A DNA stretch of 63,388 nt, counting the filler, from Reticulomyxa filosa (taxonomy: Eukaryota; Protista; Foraminifera), in NCBI GenBank assembly GCA_000512085.1. It is 16 parts of 16 records of this genome, joined end to end, with 100 filler letters (N's around TTAATTAATTAA, not from the genome) between each part and the next. Parts side by side here need not be neighbours in the genome. Positions count along the whole stretch, not along the records: positions 8,809 to 24,636 come from ASPP01021243.1; positions 24,737 to 27,454 come from ASPP01017967.1; 14 more parts are not named here. The stretch is one strand, 5' to 3'. Shown one piece after another: positions 12,901 through 26,099 of this stretch. Under the pieces are notes generated by a model. That model saw nothing but the letters and a program-made list of their open reading frames with translations. It was not told where the DNA came from and ran no database searches. The translations under genes and the position numbers were made by a program. Position 1 is the first letter of the stretch; the number at the start of each line of letters is the position of its first letter.

Positions 12901-13624
12901 AAAAAGGAACATAAAAGAATATAAACCCTTTTGTTTATTATTTTTCTCTTTTCCCTTTGAGGGAAAAAAATCGGAATGTTGTCTATTTTTTCATTTTCTG
13001 TCAAATGTTTTTGATTTTGTTTTGTTTTTTCCCGTTTCAGGACTACGCAATATTTTTATTTATTTTTTTGTAGCATCACTTTTTTGTGTTTGTTTTGTTA
13101 GTTTTTGTTGTTGTATGGTGGATGCAGAGAGGTTTGTTTGATTGTTTAATTGCTGAACTGGTCCGAAATTTATCAAAAAAAGAGTCAAGTTGAATCAATT
13201 TCTTTTTTATTGTTTGTGTTCTTATTATAGTGATGCTTTTGTACGGTGTTCCATCTTTTGTATCTTATTGTAGGCCTTATCTGGTTCTCTTTTTTTCTCT
13301 TCTCATCCTGTCAAGAACTTGCTTAAAGCTTTCGTTTGCGTGAACATTAACTGAGTTAATTTTTTTATTCACTTCTGTCGTCCCTGTTGTTACATTTTTC
13401 TTTCAAACAGAAAATTTGTTAATTTTGCTAGCAAAGATGACGTTAGCATTTTTGAGTTTGTAGGAAAAATTCTTAAAAATAACGTATCGAATCTCTAAAA
13501 CGTGTGTCTCAATAAAATTCCATAAGATCCGCAGCGAGGTTTTATTGATATATTATTTTTCGAAAGGAAAAACAATGAAAACAAAAAATCTCGAATCGCA
13601 AACACTTAAAAGAAAGGGAGATGA

Positions 13625-16600
13625 TCAACTACAATAAACAAGACATTTGTTTGGTTTTGTTTCATCCACTTGATAACTTTTTTTTGTGCTGCAAGCAGAT
13701 TCCACCATTTGCATTAATATGTCGTAGCTCCACAATAATCCTCGAACATAATTTTTAAATGCTCTAAACAAACGCACTGACTCTTTTTTCAAAGCATTGT
13801 ATTGTTTATGTTTCAGAGTATTTGGAACCCACGTGAAACCGTCCGCACGGCATCTGACAAATGCACATCCAGAAGGATGTAAATAATGCTTTAGCAGGTG
13901 TGAATGCTTAGTGTCCAACACAAATCCAAAGCGATACAATAACGCTTGCTGTGCCAATAATGAAACAAAAAAGGGAATGGTTTTAACATTTGAATTCGTT
14001 TCGGTAATGTTACTAGTTCCAATCCTTTCGTTCATCAATGTATTATAACTAATATCCAAAGTGGAAGTAAAAGGATCTCCAATTTTATCCGGCTGATGGC
14101 TTGGGATTTGCATAAAGCGCAAGTCTGATTGTTTGGCGAGTTTTTGGGCACGATTGACCCATTCAGAAATCTGAGAACCGGTTGCAATTAACCAGTAAAT
14201 TTCCAAATGAAATACCGTGTGCGCGTCAAATTCTTGATCATAAGTCAAAACCAAATAGGTATTACGGTCTTTCCACGTATTATCACTATCATTATCGCTA
14301 TTTAAAGGAATCCGCAAGCGCTTTTTCTGATTATGCAAATGCGAAGAAGTCAAGTACTTACGTTGTCCGTTTGTACCGTCTTCAAAGCCTAGAGATTCTT
14401 TCGACTGATACAATTCCTCTTCAGGATTTCGAGGATCATCATTGTCATTAATAATGGGAGAGGTGTTGGCATTCATGTTACCTGGCATTGTCTCTTTTCT
14501 CGTAGTGTCAAAATTGAAGATTGAAGGACCTTGTTTTCTCTCTGCCCCGCTGAACTGCGGATACATCAAGGACGTTGACGACGAAGAGGACGATAACGCA
14601 GACGGTACTGTCGAAGACGCCGGAAATACTGGCGTGGCATATAATCTCGTTGTCGAATCGAACAGAGTGGTGCTGACGTCATCACCAAAATGTAGTATAT
14701 TTCGACATTGAAATGCTTTTGTCTCGTTCCAATTATTAATAGTTAAAAGTTTTTCAATTTCCTTTTTTTTTTTGTTTCGCAACAGCATACACACATAAAC
14801 TTGCGTACGTCAATCAAAGTGCAAACATATATAATAATATATACACATATGTATATATATTTACATCATAAAAAATATTTGAATTTGATTAACTGTGTGT
14901 TCCTGCTTGGAAATGGCCAGAAACCACTTGCAAAAATTGTCAACAAACAATTTGCTAGCGTCAGTTTGAGCAGCATCAGTTGGGGCAGTGAGCGATGGAT
15001 TTTCGAAATCTTTGGAAAGTTCTTTTTCGTGTTGCAACGATGGTTGATTGTCTTCGAGCGAGTGTGACAAAAGGGTATTATTATCAGCTTTGCTTTCGTT
15101 TTCAAGTTGAGTGATAATACCGCTAATGGAGTAGTTGGTGTGGCTATCTTTGGATGCTTTCGAAATGGGTTGAATGCAAGAGCGTGGCAAAATGACAAAA
15201 GACATTTTTCGAGCTTTCAATTGATCTTCAATTTCGTCGTGTTGGCCACTACAAACTTGGTCCAATGTTTGCCAGTCATATTGCGAATGCGACTCCGCGA
15301 ACCGATAATCTCGATATTGGAAGTGATTGAGGTGTTCGCTCCATTTGAAAAATCCGTATGGAATGTTTATGCTGCTGATAAATTCAGCAGTATTTACATT
15401 GGATTTACGCTCGTACTCCTGTGCCATCTCCACTTCCGCCTCCTTCTCTGCGCTCGATTGCAGTATATACCGGTCGGCCGTCACACTATGAGTGTCCGGC
15501 AATATCCGCAATCGATGCACGTACAGTGGCGTATTTAACACATATGTTCTCTTATTTTGTTCTTCAATCGCATCTTTTCCATCAAATTTCTTTTTTTGTT
15601 TTTTTGTTTGTTTGATTAAAAGAGGATCTCCCCCTTTTTTTTTTTAAAAAAAAAAAAAGAACAAAATTTTTTTTGTGAACCATAAGTTGAAAATCTTGGG
15701 AAATTCTTTGAACAATCATTTCGCGCAGTAATGCTTCCAAAGACGATTGAAATCTTTTTCCATCGCCAAAACTTTCGCCTTGTGGGGTTATTTCCCAATA
15801 CATTCGGTGACTGATGGTTATTATTCATTGTAAGAAAAAAAAGGGAGGGGAGGAAGGGCTTGTCAAGCCACAAGCCATCAAAGAAACAACAATACATATA
15901 CACACGTACATGCCCTTCTTGTGCTCAAAGAAAGTAGTGTTAAAGTTGGTGTCATTGCTCATTGGTAATATGGCCGGACAAAGCAATGATCTCCAAGCGC
16001 TGTCGTATTCTGGTCGCAGGAATCCACAGTCTTTATTTATTTATTTAATTTGTATATTGTTTCGACAAAGAAACATAATAACAGCAGTGACGAAAATCAT
16101 AATAATAATAAAAAAAAAAAAATAAAGACAAACATTGATATGGCTTTGGAACGATATGCGCAAAGCGGTAATTTCTTCGGTTGATTTTTTTATTCCATTG
16201 TCCCGAAAAGAGGTTGGTGTCGTGATCAAATGCAACGCCTTGTGTGTCGCGTTTTTGTGGAGAGAGCCAATCCAACTCGTTTTCGGCCGCTTCAGAAGAG
16301 CTCAGCGTGGGGTACAATGACTTGTTCAACGGCGTCACTGGCAACAAGACGTCATCACCTAAGCCCATTATCCATCATAACGATCATTTTCCATCCAAAC
16401 ATTAGCCAAAGGGGAGCAAGAGAAAATAAGGAAGAGAGAGAGAAAAAAAAAAGTGTCACTTTTTTTTTTTTTTTTTTTTTTTTGGTATCTTATAAGCATT
16501 GTTTATCCCACATACGTACACATGTGTGTAAATGCTATTACAAATGGTTAAGCAATAAATAAATAAACTCTTAACCTTGCAAAGAGATGCTTTTGTACGG

Positions 16601-19600
16601 AGGATATCGTGGTGTGCAAGGAATGGAGATGATAAGCTTGGGTTGATCTTTTCCACTAGAAAGGGAAACAAAATCGATGCATTTCTCGGCAGTTAGATGG
16701 CCATTGGCAGTGCGGCCGACGGGCATATTGTTTGCATGCAAGGGCAAAACTATCTCTTCGTCGCGATTAAGCAATGCGACGGCGGAAGAGGTGGTAGTGA
16801 GCGTGGCATTGGCACTAAAGAAGCGCTTTTTCCACGTGTTATTGCGCTTTTGCGTGGCGGCGCGTTTCATGAGAGAGGGCTTTTTATACTGCTGGCCACG
16901 TGGCCACGTGATGCAAGTCCAACTTTTTTGGCTTGGTTTGTGTTTCAATGTATTTTTTGCTGCAAGGGCCTGGCCATTCGTTTTCTTCTCCTTCTTTGAT
17001 TCCACCGTTTGCTCGGTTTTTTTTGCTGTCACGTGCTGATGATTATCTTCGCTGGTCAGTGCTTTTTTCATGTGTAATACCTCAGTTGGGAGTTTTTCTT
17101 CTTCTTCTTCTTCTTCTTCTTCTTCTTCTTCTTCTCCTTCTTCTTCATTTTCATTTTCATTTCCATTGTTATTATGACCAGCATCATCACCGTTACCATT
17201 GTTATCATCATTACCATTGTTACTTGCGATCTCTTGCTTCTTTTTGTTCTCTTTGGTAACGACACGGCGATCCCAGCCCAAGCTCTGTAGACTTTCACGA
17301 GTGCTTTTTTTCCTCTTTCTTTTTGGAATGTTCAAGCTGTTGCTACTGCTATTATTGTTGCCATTGCTATTGTTGCAGCCTAGCATGGCAAGATTGATTT
17401 TGGCTTTTCTTGTGTTATTTGGGTCATTATTATTATTATTATTATTAGTATTGTTATTATTTTGGATTTTATTTTTGACATTGCCATTGCTGGTATTATT
17501 ATTATTACCAATATTGTTATTATTATTAATGTCTTTCACGTCGACAACAGATTTGTCACAAGGACCAGTGGTGAGCATGGAGTTGGCTCGCAAGTGTCTG
17601 GACGATATGGTGTTGGTATTGCTGCTGGCGTTGGAATCTACACTAGCCTTGCGAATGGCGTGGATAGGGGTGGCAATGTTGGTATGGGGATTGTGTTGGG
17701 AGAGGTGAAGCAAAGACACGGAGTGGTGTTGACTCTTTACCATCGCATGTTGGGGGAATTGCTTTTTCTTTTTGCTACTGTTTTTGTTGTTGCCTTTGCG
17801 TTTGTGTTTATGTTTATGCTTTTCGTCGGCAAACACATTTTGATCGTATTCGTCCAGGAAAGAGGCTTTCAATATTTTCCCATCTCCCTGTTGGTCGAGT
17901 AGATTGGGAATGTCGTCGTGGATAATATTGATCACATTGGACTCCAAAGAGACAGATATCGCGCGATTGGCATATTGGTCAAAGCTTTCCAATTCGCCCA
18001 TTCGCGATTGCGGAATCGGCAGAAACGAGTCGTTGAGTTTCAGCAGCTCCAAGAAAGAGGCTCTTTTGTCATGCAGTTCGAATGCCTCTTCCAAATAGCT
18101 CTTCCGCTGTTGACTTTCCAAACGATTGATATTTTTATGATCCTCATAAAGGTCGTAATCAAAATATTTGATTTGCATCCATTCCGCTGGCTGATAGTAA
18201 TGGCAAATGAGGGCCTCATTGGGATCATATGGCTGATTATTACCATTATTATTATTATTATTACTGTTAGGATTGCTATTCTTTGGAATTGTCTCTTCAA
18301 CCCAATGCTTTTGAAAGATGAACGGTGACGAATACACCAACAGCGGTGCGGGATGAAATGGGGGCTGTGTCAACGATACCATGTCGCAACCAATTCCGTT
18401 TATCAATATTCTCGACTTGGTGAAATTGCTCAGAGATTGATCGCAAAAGTACATACCCGACCCCGCTGTGATCACGACAATACTCATTCCTGTCCTTCGC
18501 AAATCGCGATCAATGTAATGCTTATCAAACAGATTGCAGCATAGTTGGATCGACTCCAACAGATTGCCTTCTGCTGCCACCGATGGCATGGCTTCCATTA
18601 CATGGCTATGCCCTCCCGATGATGATGATGATGAAGCATGACAATTGTCCTCACCTCCTTGTCCTTGTTCTTGTCCTTGTTCTTGTTGATTCACATCCGC
18701 AGGATGACTAGTGCCATCATCACGATGCACATAATAGTACTCATCAAAGAGTTGGAATGACTTATCAAATGCGACCGGATGTGACCAATTGGCCAGTTTG
18801 GGAAATGAGTAAAAGATCTTGCGCATTTTTTTTGCGATTTTGTGATAATCCATATCCTGACTGTAGACATTGCGAATGACGACGTGATAGTAGTCTTGAT
18901 AGATTCGACCATAGTTGTCTTTTTGAAAAAAGATTTCTTGATTTTTCGACGAAAAAAAACACTGCGAGTTGAACTTGGAACAAGAAGGATTGTCAGACAA
19001 GAATGACTTTACTTGTTCTTCCACTTCTGTGGGATTACTATTTGTAATGATTATATTATTATTATTATTATTATTATAAACATTGTTATTATTGCTATTG
19101 TTACTTTTTTTAAAATTATTATCTGCTGCTGTTGAGCTGTAAAAATAACATCGACTAAAAAAAATCATACTCACAACGTGATTGCAGTTTTTAGCTTTCC
19201 ATTTGGATAGCAAGTGTTTGAAGAAGCCATTGACAAATTTTTCAAAGTACATTTCGCCGCTGTCGCTAAAGTCCCACATTTCTTGCGAGAGTTGCACCAG
19301 ATAGATGAGCCATGCACTTCTTGATCGAAACACATATTTGGTCTTCTTCGTGATCAATCCACAAGACAAAGAGATCATCTCTTCTTTATCTTTGTCGATA
19401 TCTTTGTCTTTGTCTTTGTTCGGTTTCTTACTCTTGTTTTTGCTTTTCTTTTTCTTTTTTTTTTTTTTTGAAGAGAGTTTTTGATTTTCGTCTTCGTTTT
19501 GTCATTGTCAGCGTTCTTTTCATGGTCATTGTCGTCCTTTGCGTCGTTGTTTTCATTAGTATTAGCATTGTCATTGGTATTGTCATTACTCTTACCCTTT

Positions 19601-21103
19601 CCCTTATTGTCGTTCTCGCCGTGATTGCCATCACCATCGTCATTGTTACTCTTATGACCATGACCATTGTCATTATCATTACCATTATCGCCGTCATCAT
19701 CATCGTCATCATCATCGTCATCATCATCGTCATCGTCATCGTTATCATCATCGTCATCATCGTCATCATCGTCATCATCATCGCCATTATTGCTAGCACT
19801 ATCGCCATGGCCACCGTCGTTGACATTGACGTCACCATCTTCCTCTCTGACAGCCTCTTCTCTATTGCCGCCGCAGCCATGGTCATCGTTGTCATTGTCA
19901 CTTTTTTCCTTGTCTTTGTCTTTCTCCGATTTCAATTTGCTGTGGCGCTTGCACCCGTCAATGGTGAACTGAAACCCCTTTTCGTGAATCCCTTCGTACA
20001 CATGTACAACGCGTCCAACCAGCTCTTGTTGGAATCTCCACATATCCCCACGGGATATGTACTGATTCTTAAACGACAGCTCCACCATGTCCAATTCCAA
20101 CAGATACGGATTGATCTTGTACACTGCCACTTCCATTCCATTTTCAAAGTCATACCGTTTCGCCATCTGCGGATCCAAGCTAATGCTCCAATTGCCTTTC
20201 GACTGTTCCATGCTTGTCACTTTCAGCGTCAATCGCAACGGGGGCACTTTTTTTGTACTTATTATCTCCAATATGTCATTTAATTCTAAACGTGGGAACC
20301 GTTTTCCATTCACACATACCGTATGCTTTTGATTATGACTTTTTTTCCCCCAAAAAAAAAAAAGAGAAAACAAAACAAAATGGGGTTGTAAGTTCAAAAA
20401 ACTGTATCAAGAGCTACTGTTTTTTGCTGACTTTGTCAAATACGTATACATTAAATAAATTTTTTTTTGAGAACAACAAAATTCAAAACTTGCGCTCTTG
20501 CAAGTTCAATACATGTGTGCCGTAATCTTCAAGAACATAAGTGACAGGTTGCTTTGCTTTCTCTTTGTTGTCAGCACATTCTGTGTCGTCGGCCATCGTT
20601 ACCGACCCATTGTCATTGCCACCTCCAAGACCTGCTGTCGATCCGTTTCCTCCCCCTCCTCCTAGTCCGACATTCGACTTTCGATGCTTTGGCGACTTTT
20701 GTCCAGAATCGCGCTGCTTTTCGCGTCGCGCTTGCTGCTTTTTCAGCTGTGATTCGGATAAACCCAGTCCCGTCTTTTTCAGTGGTCTTGTTTTCCATGA
20801 GTGCTGATGGCCCGCTCCTGTTGTTGGTACATTGCTGTCCGTAGCCATAATGCAACCACTGCCATCGCTACTCTTTTGTGCGTCTGTCGCGCTTGTGTCG
20901 GTGTTGCCTTGGTTGCTTGGCTGCACCTCCTCACTTTGGGCATGCTGAAGACCCAATTCATTTTGTGTCGGCTTCTTATTTATTCCAAGGTCATTTTTTT
21001 GACGCGCTTTTTTTTGTTGCAGCTTTTTTCGATTTTTTAAAAGTGAGAGACGACTAGTATTCTGCTTTGTGTCATTGCGGTCTGGTTGTTTGTCAGTGGA
21101 CAT
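13625..21103 (-). CDS. DEPDC5: GATOR1 subunit DEPDC5 / IML1 (multi-exon)
   Basis: ELDMVELSFKNQYISRGDMWRF; VFRSRSAWLIYLVQLSQEMWDFSDSGEMYFEKFVNGF; EGNLLESIQLCCNLFDKHYIDRDLRRTG..IVVITAGSG; GIGCDMVSLTQPPFHPAPL; WRSLLCPAILP (~15960-16000); LLREMIVQRISQDFQL; FHLEIYWLIATG. Confidence 0.93.
17090..17145 (-). repeat. (GAA)n tract encoding poly-Glu within DEPDC5
   Basis: Uninterrupted TTC repeats on the + strand, translated as EEEGEEEEEEEEEEEEK. Confidence 0.9.
19660..19790 (-). repeat. (GAT/GAC)n tract encoding poly-Asp/Asn within DEPDC5
   Basis: TCA/TCG trinucleotide run; it also creates long shadow ORFs in other frames. Confidence 0.9.
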
Positions 21104-21565
21104 TTTTAGTTTTAGAAAAAAATCTACAGGACACTAAGTTGAAAATGTGATAGAGATAGAAATAATAGATATAGATAATGCTAACTAAAACTTACCATGA
21201 GCTTCCAAAATTTTTTCCCTTTTTCTCTTTGTTACTCTTGTACTTTGTTTTTGATACCATACAAACATCAATGTAGCTAAGTTATGATTGTCACTTGCTT
21301 TGATCTCAGCTTAAAAATATTTCAAAAGTAATTAAATAATTTTCAGAAAATTATTTAATTAAAATTTTGCATCACCTGTTAATATCAAGGTTATTATACA
21401 TTCTTTTTTTTTCTTTTTATTTGATACAACAAACAATTAATTATTTTACTCCAGTCCTAAAAGTTGAGAGTTTTTCAATACAAACATGTCACTCTTGTAT
21501 TATTAACATTATAGGAGAAATTTTATGATTTCAAAAATATTAACATGATTTTAATTACAAAAAAA

Positions 21566-24500
21566 TTAAAATATTCCACCACGTTGTTTCACAAGCAATT
21601 TCTGTTGATCTTCTAAACCCTTTGTGTCCTTCCAAATACTGTCATTCATTGATAAACCACTTTGAACACCCACTTTCCAAATACAATCTATCACGCTAGC
21701 CTCAGTTATATCGACAATTTTACAATTATTACTACCCCATAGTCGAATTGTTTTATCCATTGCACATGATACTATTTTTGAACTATCGGGCGATGAATGA
21801 ATAACATTAATACCCCCATTATGTCCTTCTAATAATTGAAGCTGTCTTCCTGAAGATACATCCCATATTCGAATAGTTTTATCGTCTGAATATGAGATAA
21901 TTTTAGAACCATTTGGTGAAAATTGCACTCCTTGTACATTATCTGAATGTCCTTCAAATATATGCATTTGTTCTCCAGTTAATAAATTCCACAATCGAAT
22001 TGTCTTATCATTTGAACAAGATGCTATTTTAGTGCCATCTGGAGAAAGTTGTATGTCATTTATCTTTTCTTTATGCCCTTTCAATAAAAATTGCATCCCA
22101 TGAGATGCTACATTCCATATTCCAATTGTATCATCTAATGAGCATGATACAATTGTAGATTTATCTGGTGAAAGTAGTACTATATACACTCGATCTGCAT
22201 GTCCTTCAAATTTTTGAAGTTGTCTTCCAGATAATACATCCCACAATCTAATTGTACAATCCCATGAACAAGACACAATTGTGAGTCCATCTGTTGAAAA
22301 TTGAACTCGCTCTACACCATCAGAATGCCCAGTCAATAATTGGATTTGTCTTCCTGAAGATACATCCCATATTCGAATAGTTTTATCTGCTGAACATGAT
22401 ACAAGTTTCGAACCATCTGGTGAAAACATCACTTTCATCACCAACGATGAATGCCCGTCTAATAAGTGAATTTGATTTCCAGAAGATATGTCCCATATCC
22501 GAATTGTGTTGTCAGCTGAATAAGATACAATTCTAGAACCATCTAGTGAAAATAATACTCCAAGTATAGTATTTGAATGCCCTTCAAATACTTGAATTTG
22601 CTTTCCTGATTGTACATCCCACAATCGAATTGTTTTATCAAATGAACCTGATACAATTTTCGAACCGTCAGATGAAAATTGTATTGTAATTACGATATCT
22701 ATATTTCCATCTGCTAACTGAATTTTTCTTTCTAAAGCTATATCCCATATTCTTATAGTACCATCAATTGAATATGATAAAATTTTGGGTTCGTTTGGAA
22801 AAAACTCTACTTCAGTGACATCATTTAAATGTCCTTCTAATGCTTGAAGTTGTTTTCCAGATGATACATCCCATATTCGGATTGTATTATCAATTGAACC
22901 AGACACAATTTTGGAGCCATCAGGTGAAAATCGTGCTGCTGATATCCAGCTCTCAAACACTTGGGTTTGCTTCCCAGATAATAGATCCCATAATCGAAGG
23001 GTACAATCACCTGCATATGATAACATTTTTGAGCCATCTGGAGAAAATTGGACTCCATTTACAGAATTCTCGTGCCCTTCCAATATTTGAATTTGTTGAC
23101 CTGATAATGTATCCCATATGCGAATAGTTGCATCTTTTGAACACGATATAACTTTTGATCCATCCAATGTAAACAATACTTCATTCACTTTATCCAAATG
23201 CCCTTCTAATAATAGCTGCTTTCCAGAGGATACATCCCATATCTGAATACTTTTATCTTCTGAACTTGATACAATTTTGGAAGCATTGGGTGAAAACTGA
23301 ACTTTGTTCACAAACTTTGCACGTCCTTTAAATAATTGAAGTTGCTCTCCAGATAATACATCCAATATACGGATAGTCATTGTCGAACATAGTGCAAGCT
23401 TAGAGCCATCTGATGAAAACGTTGCTGAATTCGAACCCCATAAATCCCCTTTAAATAATTTAATTTGTTGGCCTGATAATACGTCCCATATACGAATTGT
23501 TTTATCACGTGAATATGATGCCATTTTGGAATTGCCATGTAAAAATTTTACTGCACATATGGCATCTGTATGTTCTTTCAATATGTGGAGTTGTTTTCGT
23601 GATAATGCATCCCATATTCGGATAGTGTTATTGTCTGAATCCGATAGTATTTTTGTTCCATCTGGTGAAAATTGGATACCACATACAGAAGTTTTATTTC
23701 CTTCCAAATAAGCATATTCTCCAAAGTAAATTTTATTCATTGACGCATTTGTGAAATTTACTTTGATTAAACAAGATTGATGAAAACGTACATGATCTAA
23801 ATTAGCATTAGTAAAATCAGTTCCTTCAAGAAACGCACGATCTAGAATTGCATAAGGGATTTTTATATTACTCCAATTTTGATAGTCCATATCAATATTA
23901 GCCGAATTGAGTATGGTGATTGCATTTGCTGCTGCAATGCTAAAATTTTCATTATTCTTTGATGATTCAATGATTCGAAATAGTCTTGATTTTAAATTTG
24001 CAAATATTGAATTACTGTCATGAACTCTCTCTGCAATAAATTGAATAATCCCCAATTCGTCATTTAATAATTTACGATTGATAGATAATTGATGAACATG
24101 CGTTTCAAATTGTTGTTGAAATTGTTGATTATCAACAGTAGCAATATTGGGTTTCCATGAAATGATATCAAATATAATTTTTTGTGCAGCATAATATTCT
24201 TGACATGATTTATGTACAAATTGATATTTATTATCACCAACTCTTCTCAATACATATTTTGCAATACTATCACCATTGAAATATTGCCCCCAAACGTCCT
24301 GTGTATTTGAAACAGATGTTTCATTTACATCTTTTTTTAACTCTAATTTTTCATCCATATATTTACTCTCTACTTCTATTATTGGATCTAATTGACTCCA
24401 ACTGTTTTCATTATAATCATTTTCTGTTGCAACTTGATTTCCTTGCATAAACATTTCAAATCCTAGATTTTGACAATATTGTTGAAATGCCAATTTGATC

Positions 24501-24636
24501 TTTTTGATATTTGCTTGAATTCTTAATTCTGATAATTTATTTGAAATATTTTTAACATGAATATCAATCCATTGTTCATTGAATGCTTCATAAACTTGTG
24601 ATTTTGATATTTTAGTTCCAATTGGATGTTGTTTCA
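21566..24636 (-). CDS. NACHT-type (winged-helix end) + pentapeptide repeat + multi-WD40 protein, 5'-truncated by spacer
   Basis: YQFVHKSCQEYYAAQ (FxHKSxQEY winged-helix motif), SIAAANAITILN, pentapeptides (LDRAFLEGTDFTNANLDHVRF), then about 15 repeats of GH..V..V.FSPDGSKIVS.S.D.TIRIWD. Intronless; the frame stays open to the contig edge. Confidence 0.9.
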
Positions 24637-26099
24637 NNNNNNNNNNNNNNNNNNNNNNNNNNNNNNNNNNNNNNNNNNNNTTAATTAATTAANNNNNNNN
24701 NNNNNNNNNNNNNNNNNNNNNNNNNNNNNNNNNNNNAAAATCATAAGAACTAAAATCTTTGCCATTGCCCATTATTTCGGACATAAGAGAAGTTTGTCAG
24801 TCTTTTTTTTTTCCTAATGTTACCGCAATTATCATGATAAACATCTTTTTAAAGCTGTATGTTCACTTTGCACAATTGTCTCCAGCCTTTTTTTTTTTGC
24901 ATGGGCAATTTTTTACTCTGCCTTCAAACGGAGTTATAGTCAAACATAATGCCGAAAAAAACTAGTAAATGTAAATTTAAAATACAGCAACCTTTAAAAA
25001 AATCTAAAAAAAGAATCGGATTTCATGCATTTTTGAATTTTTTATTAAAGAGTATTATTCAAACATAAAATCCCCTAACACAAATTAGAAAGCATACCAA
25101 AAATTATTTCGTAGATGCTGCGTTTCGCCTAAAAAAGAAACGAAATTTCCTAAAAAAATGATCAACACAAAAAAACATCGTAGTGATGTTCTGTTTTTGT
25201 GTTTGATTCAAAATTTTGGTTGCAAATTATCTTTCGTCCGAAAAAGGAAAATCCAAGTTGACACTACTAATGCCGTGAAAATCCCACGTAAAACAAAAGC
25301 TTGATAATCCATTCGTTCCAAACATAGAGCCAAAAAATAAGAATAATTCTAAAACTTGATTAAAAAAAATTAGAAACACAAAACATTGTTACCCATCCAC
25401 GGTGAAAGATCCTTTGACAATTCGGAAAGATATATGACCAGAAAACAAAGAAAAAAAATAAACTTTACATTCCTATGTTTTAAATTTTCGAGAAAGTGAG
25501 CGATTGTCACTTACCAAAAATGACCACACCTTTTTAAATCTTTTCCCTTGCAGCCTGGATAACACAAGAGAAAAATGGCAAACATATTTTTGTTTTGTTT
25601 TTTTTTGCAAATCGTTTGTTTTGTGTTCAAACAATTTTGAAACGTAGCGACAACCCAAAAAGAAAACAACCAAGCAAGAAAAACGAAAACTGATAAAACA
25701 AAAATACAGGCCTTGGAAAAAGAAAAAGTAAAATAGAAACTCTATGAACTTTTTTTTAATGATAAAAATGAAAGAAAGAGGAGAGAAGGAAAAGAAAAAA
25801 AAGTGGAAAGAAAGTGCTGACATGCATCAGTCTAAGAGTAAGGAAGGACATACTCCTTACTCGCCTCTCTTTATTTGCGTTTTGCGATACAAAGCCTTGC
25901 CCGACACGCAATAAAGAAAGGAGCCAAAAGAAACATAAAAATAAACAGGAGAGACAAACAAACACACACTCAAAAAAAAAAAAACAACCAAAAAATTCTA
26001 ATTCATTTTATTTTGATTTGAATATTATACTTTTCTCCAATGGAGAATTGTGTTATATGGCATATAAGCATCGCCAAAAAAAAAAAAAAAAGAAGTCAC

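Noticed and set aside
16933-17902. Poly-Leu 'membrane protein' ORFs on the + strand
   Set aside because: Antisense translation of the Asn/Glu/Lys-rich DEPDC5 region.
19428-20283. Long Ile/Val-rich, poly-Ser and Met/Thr-rich ORFs overlapping DEPDC5
   Set aside because: Alternative-frame and antisense shadows of the GAT/GAC/AAT trinucleotide tract.
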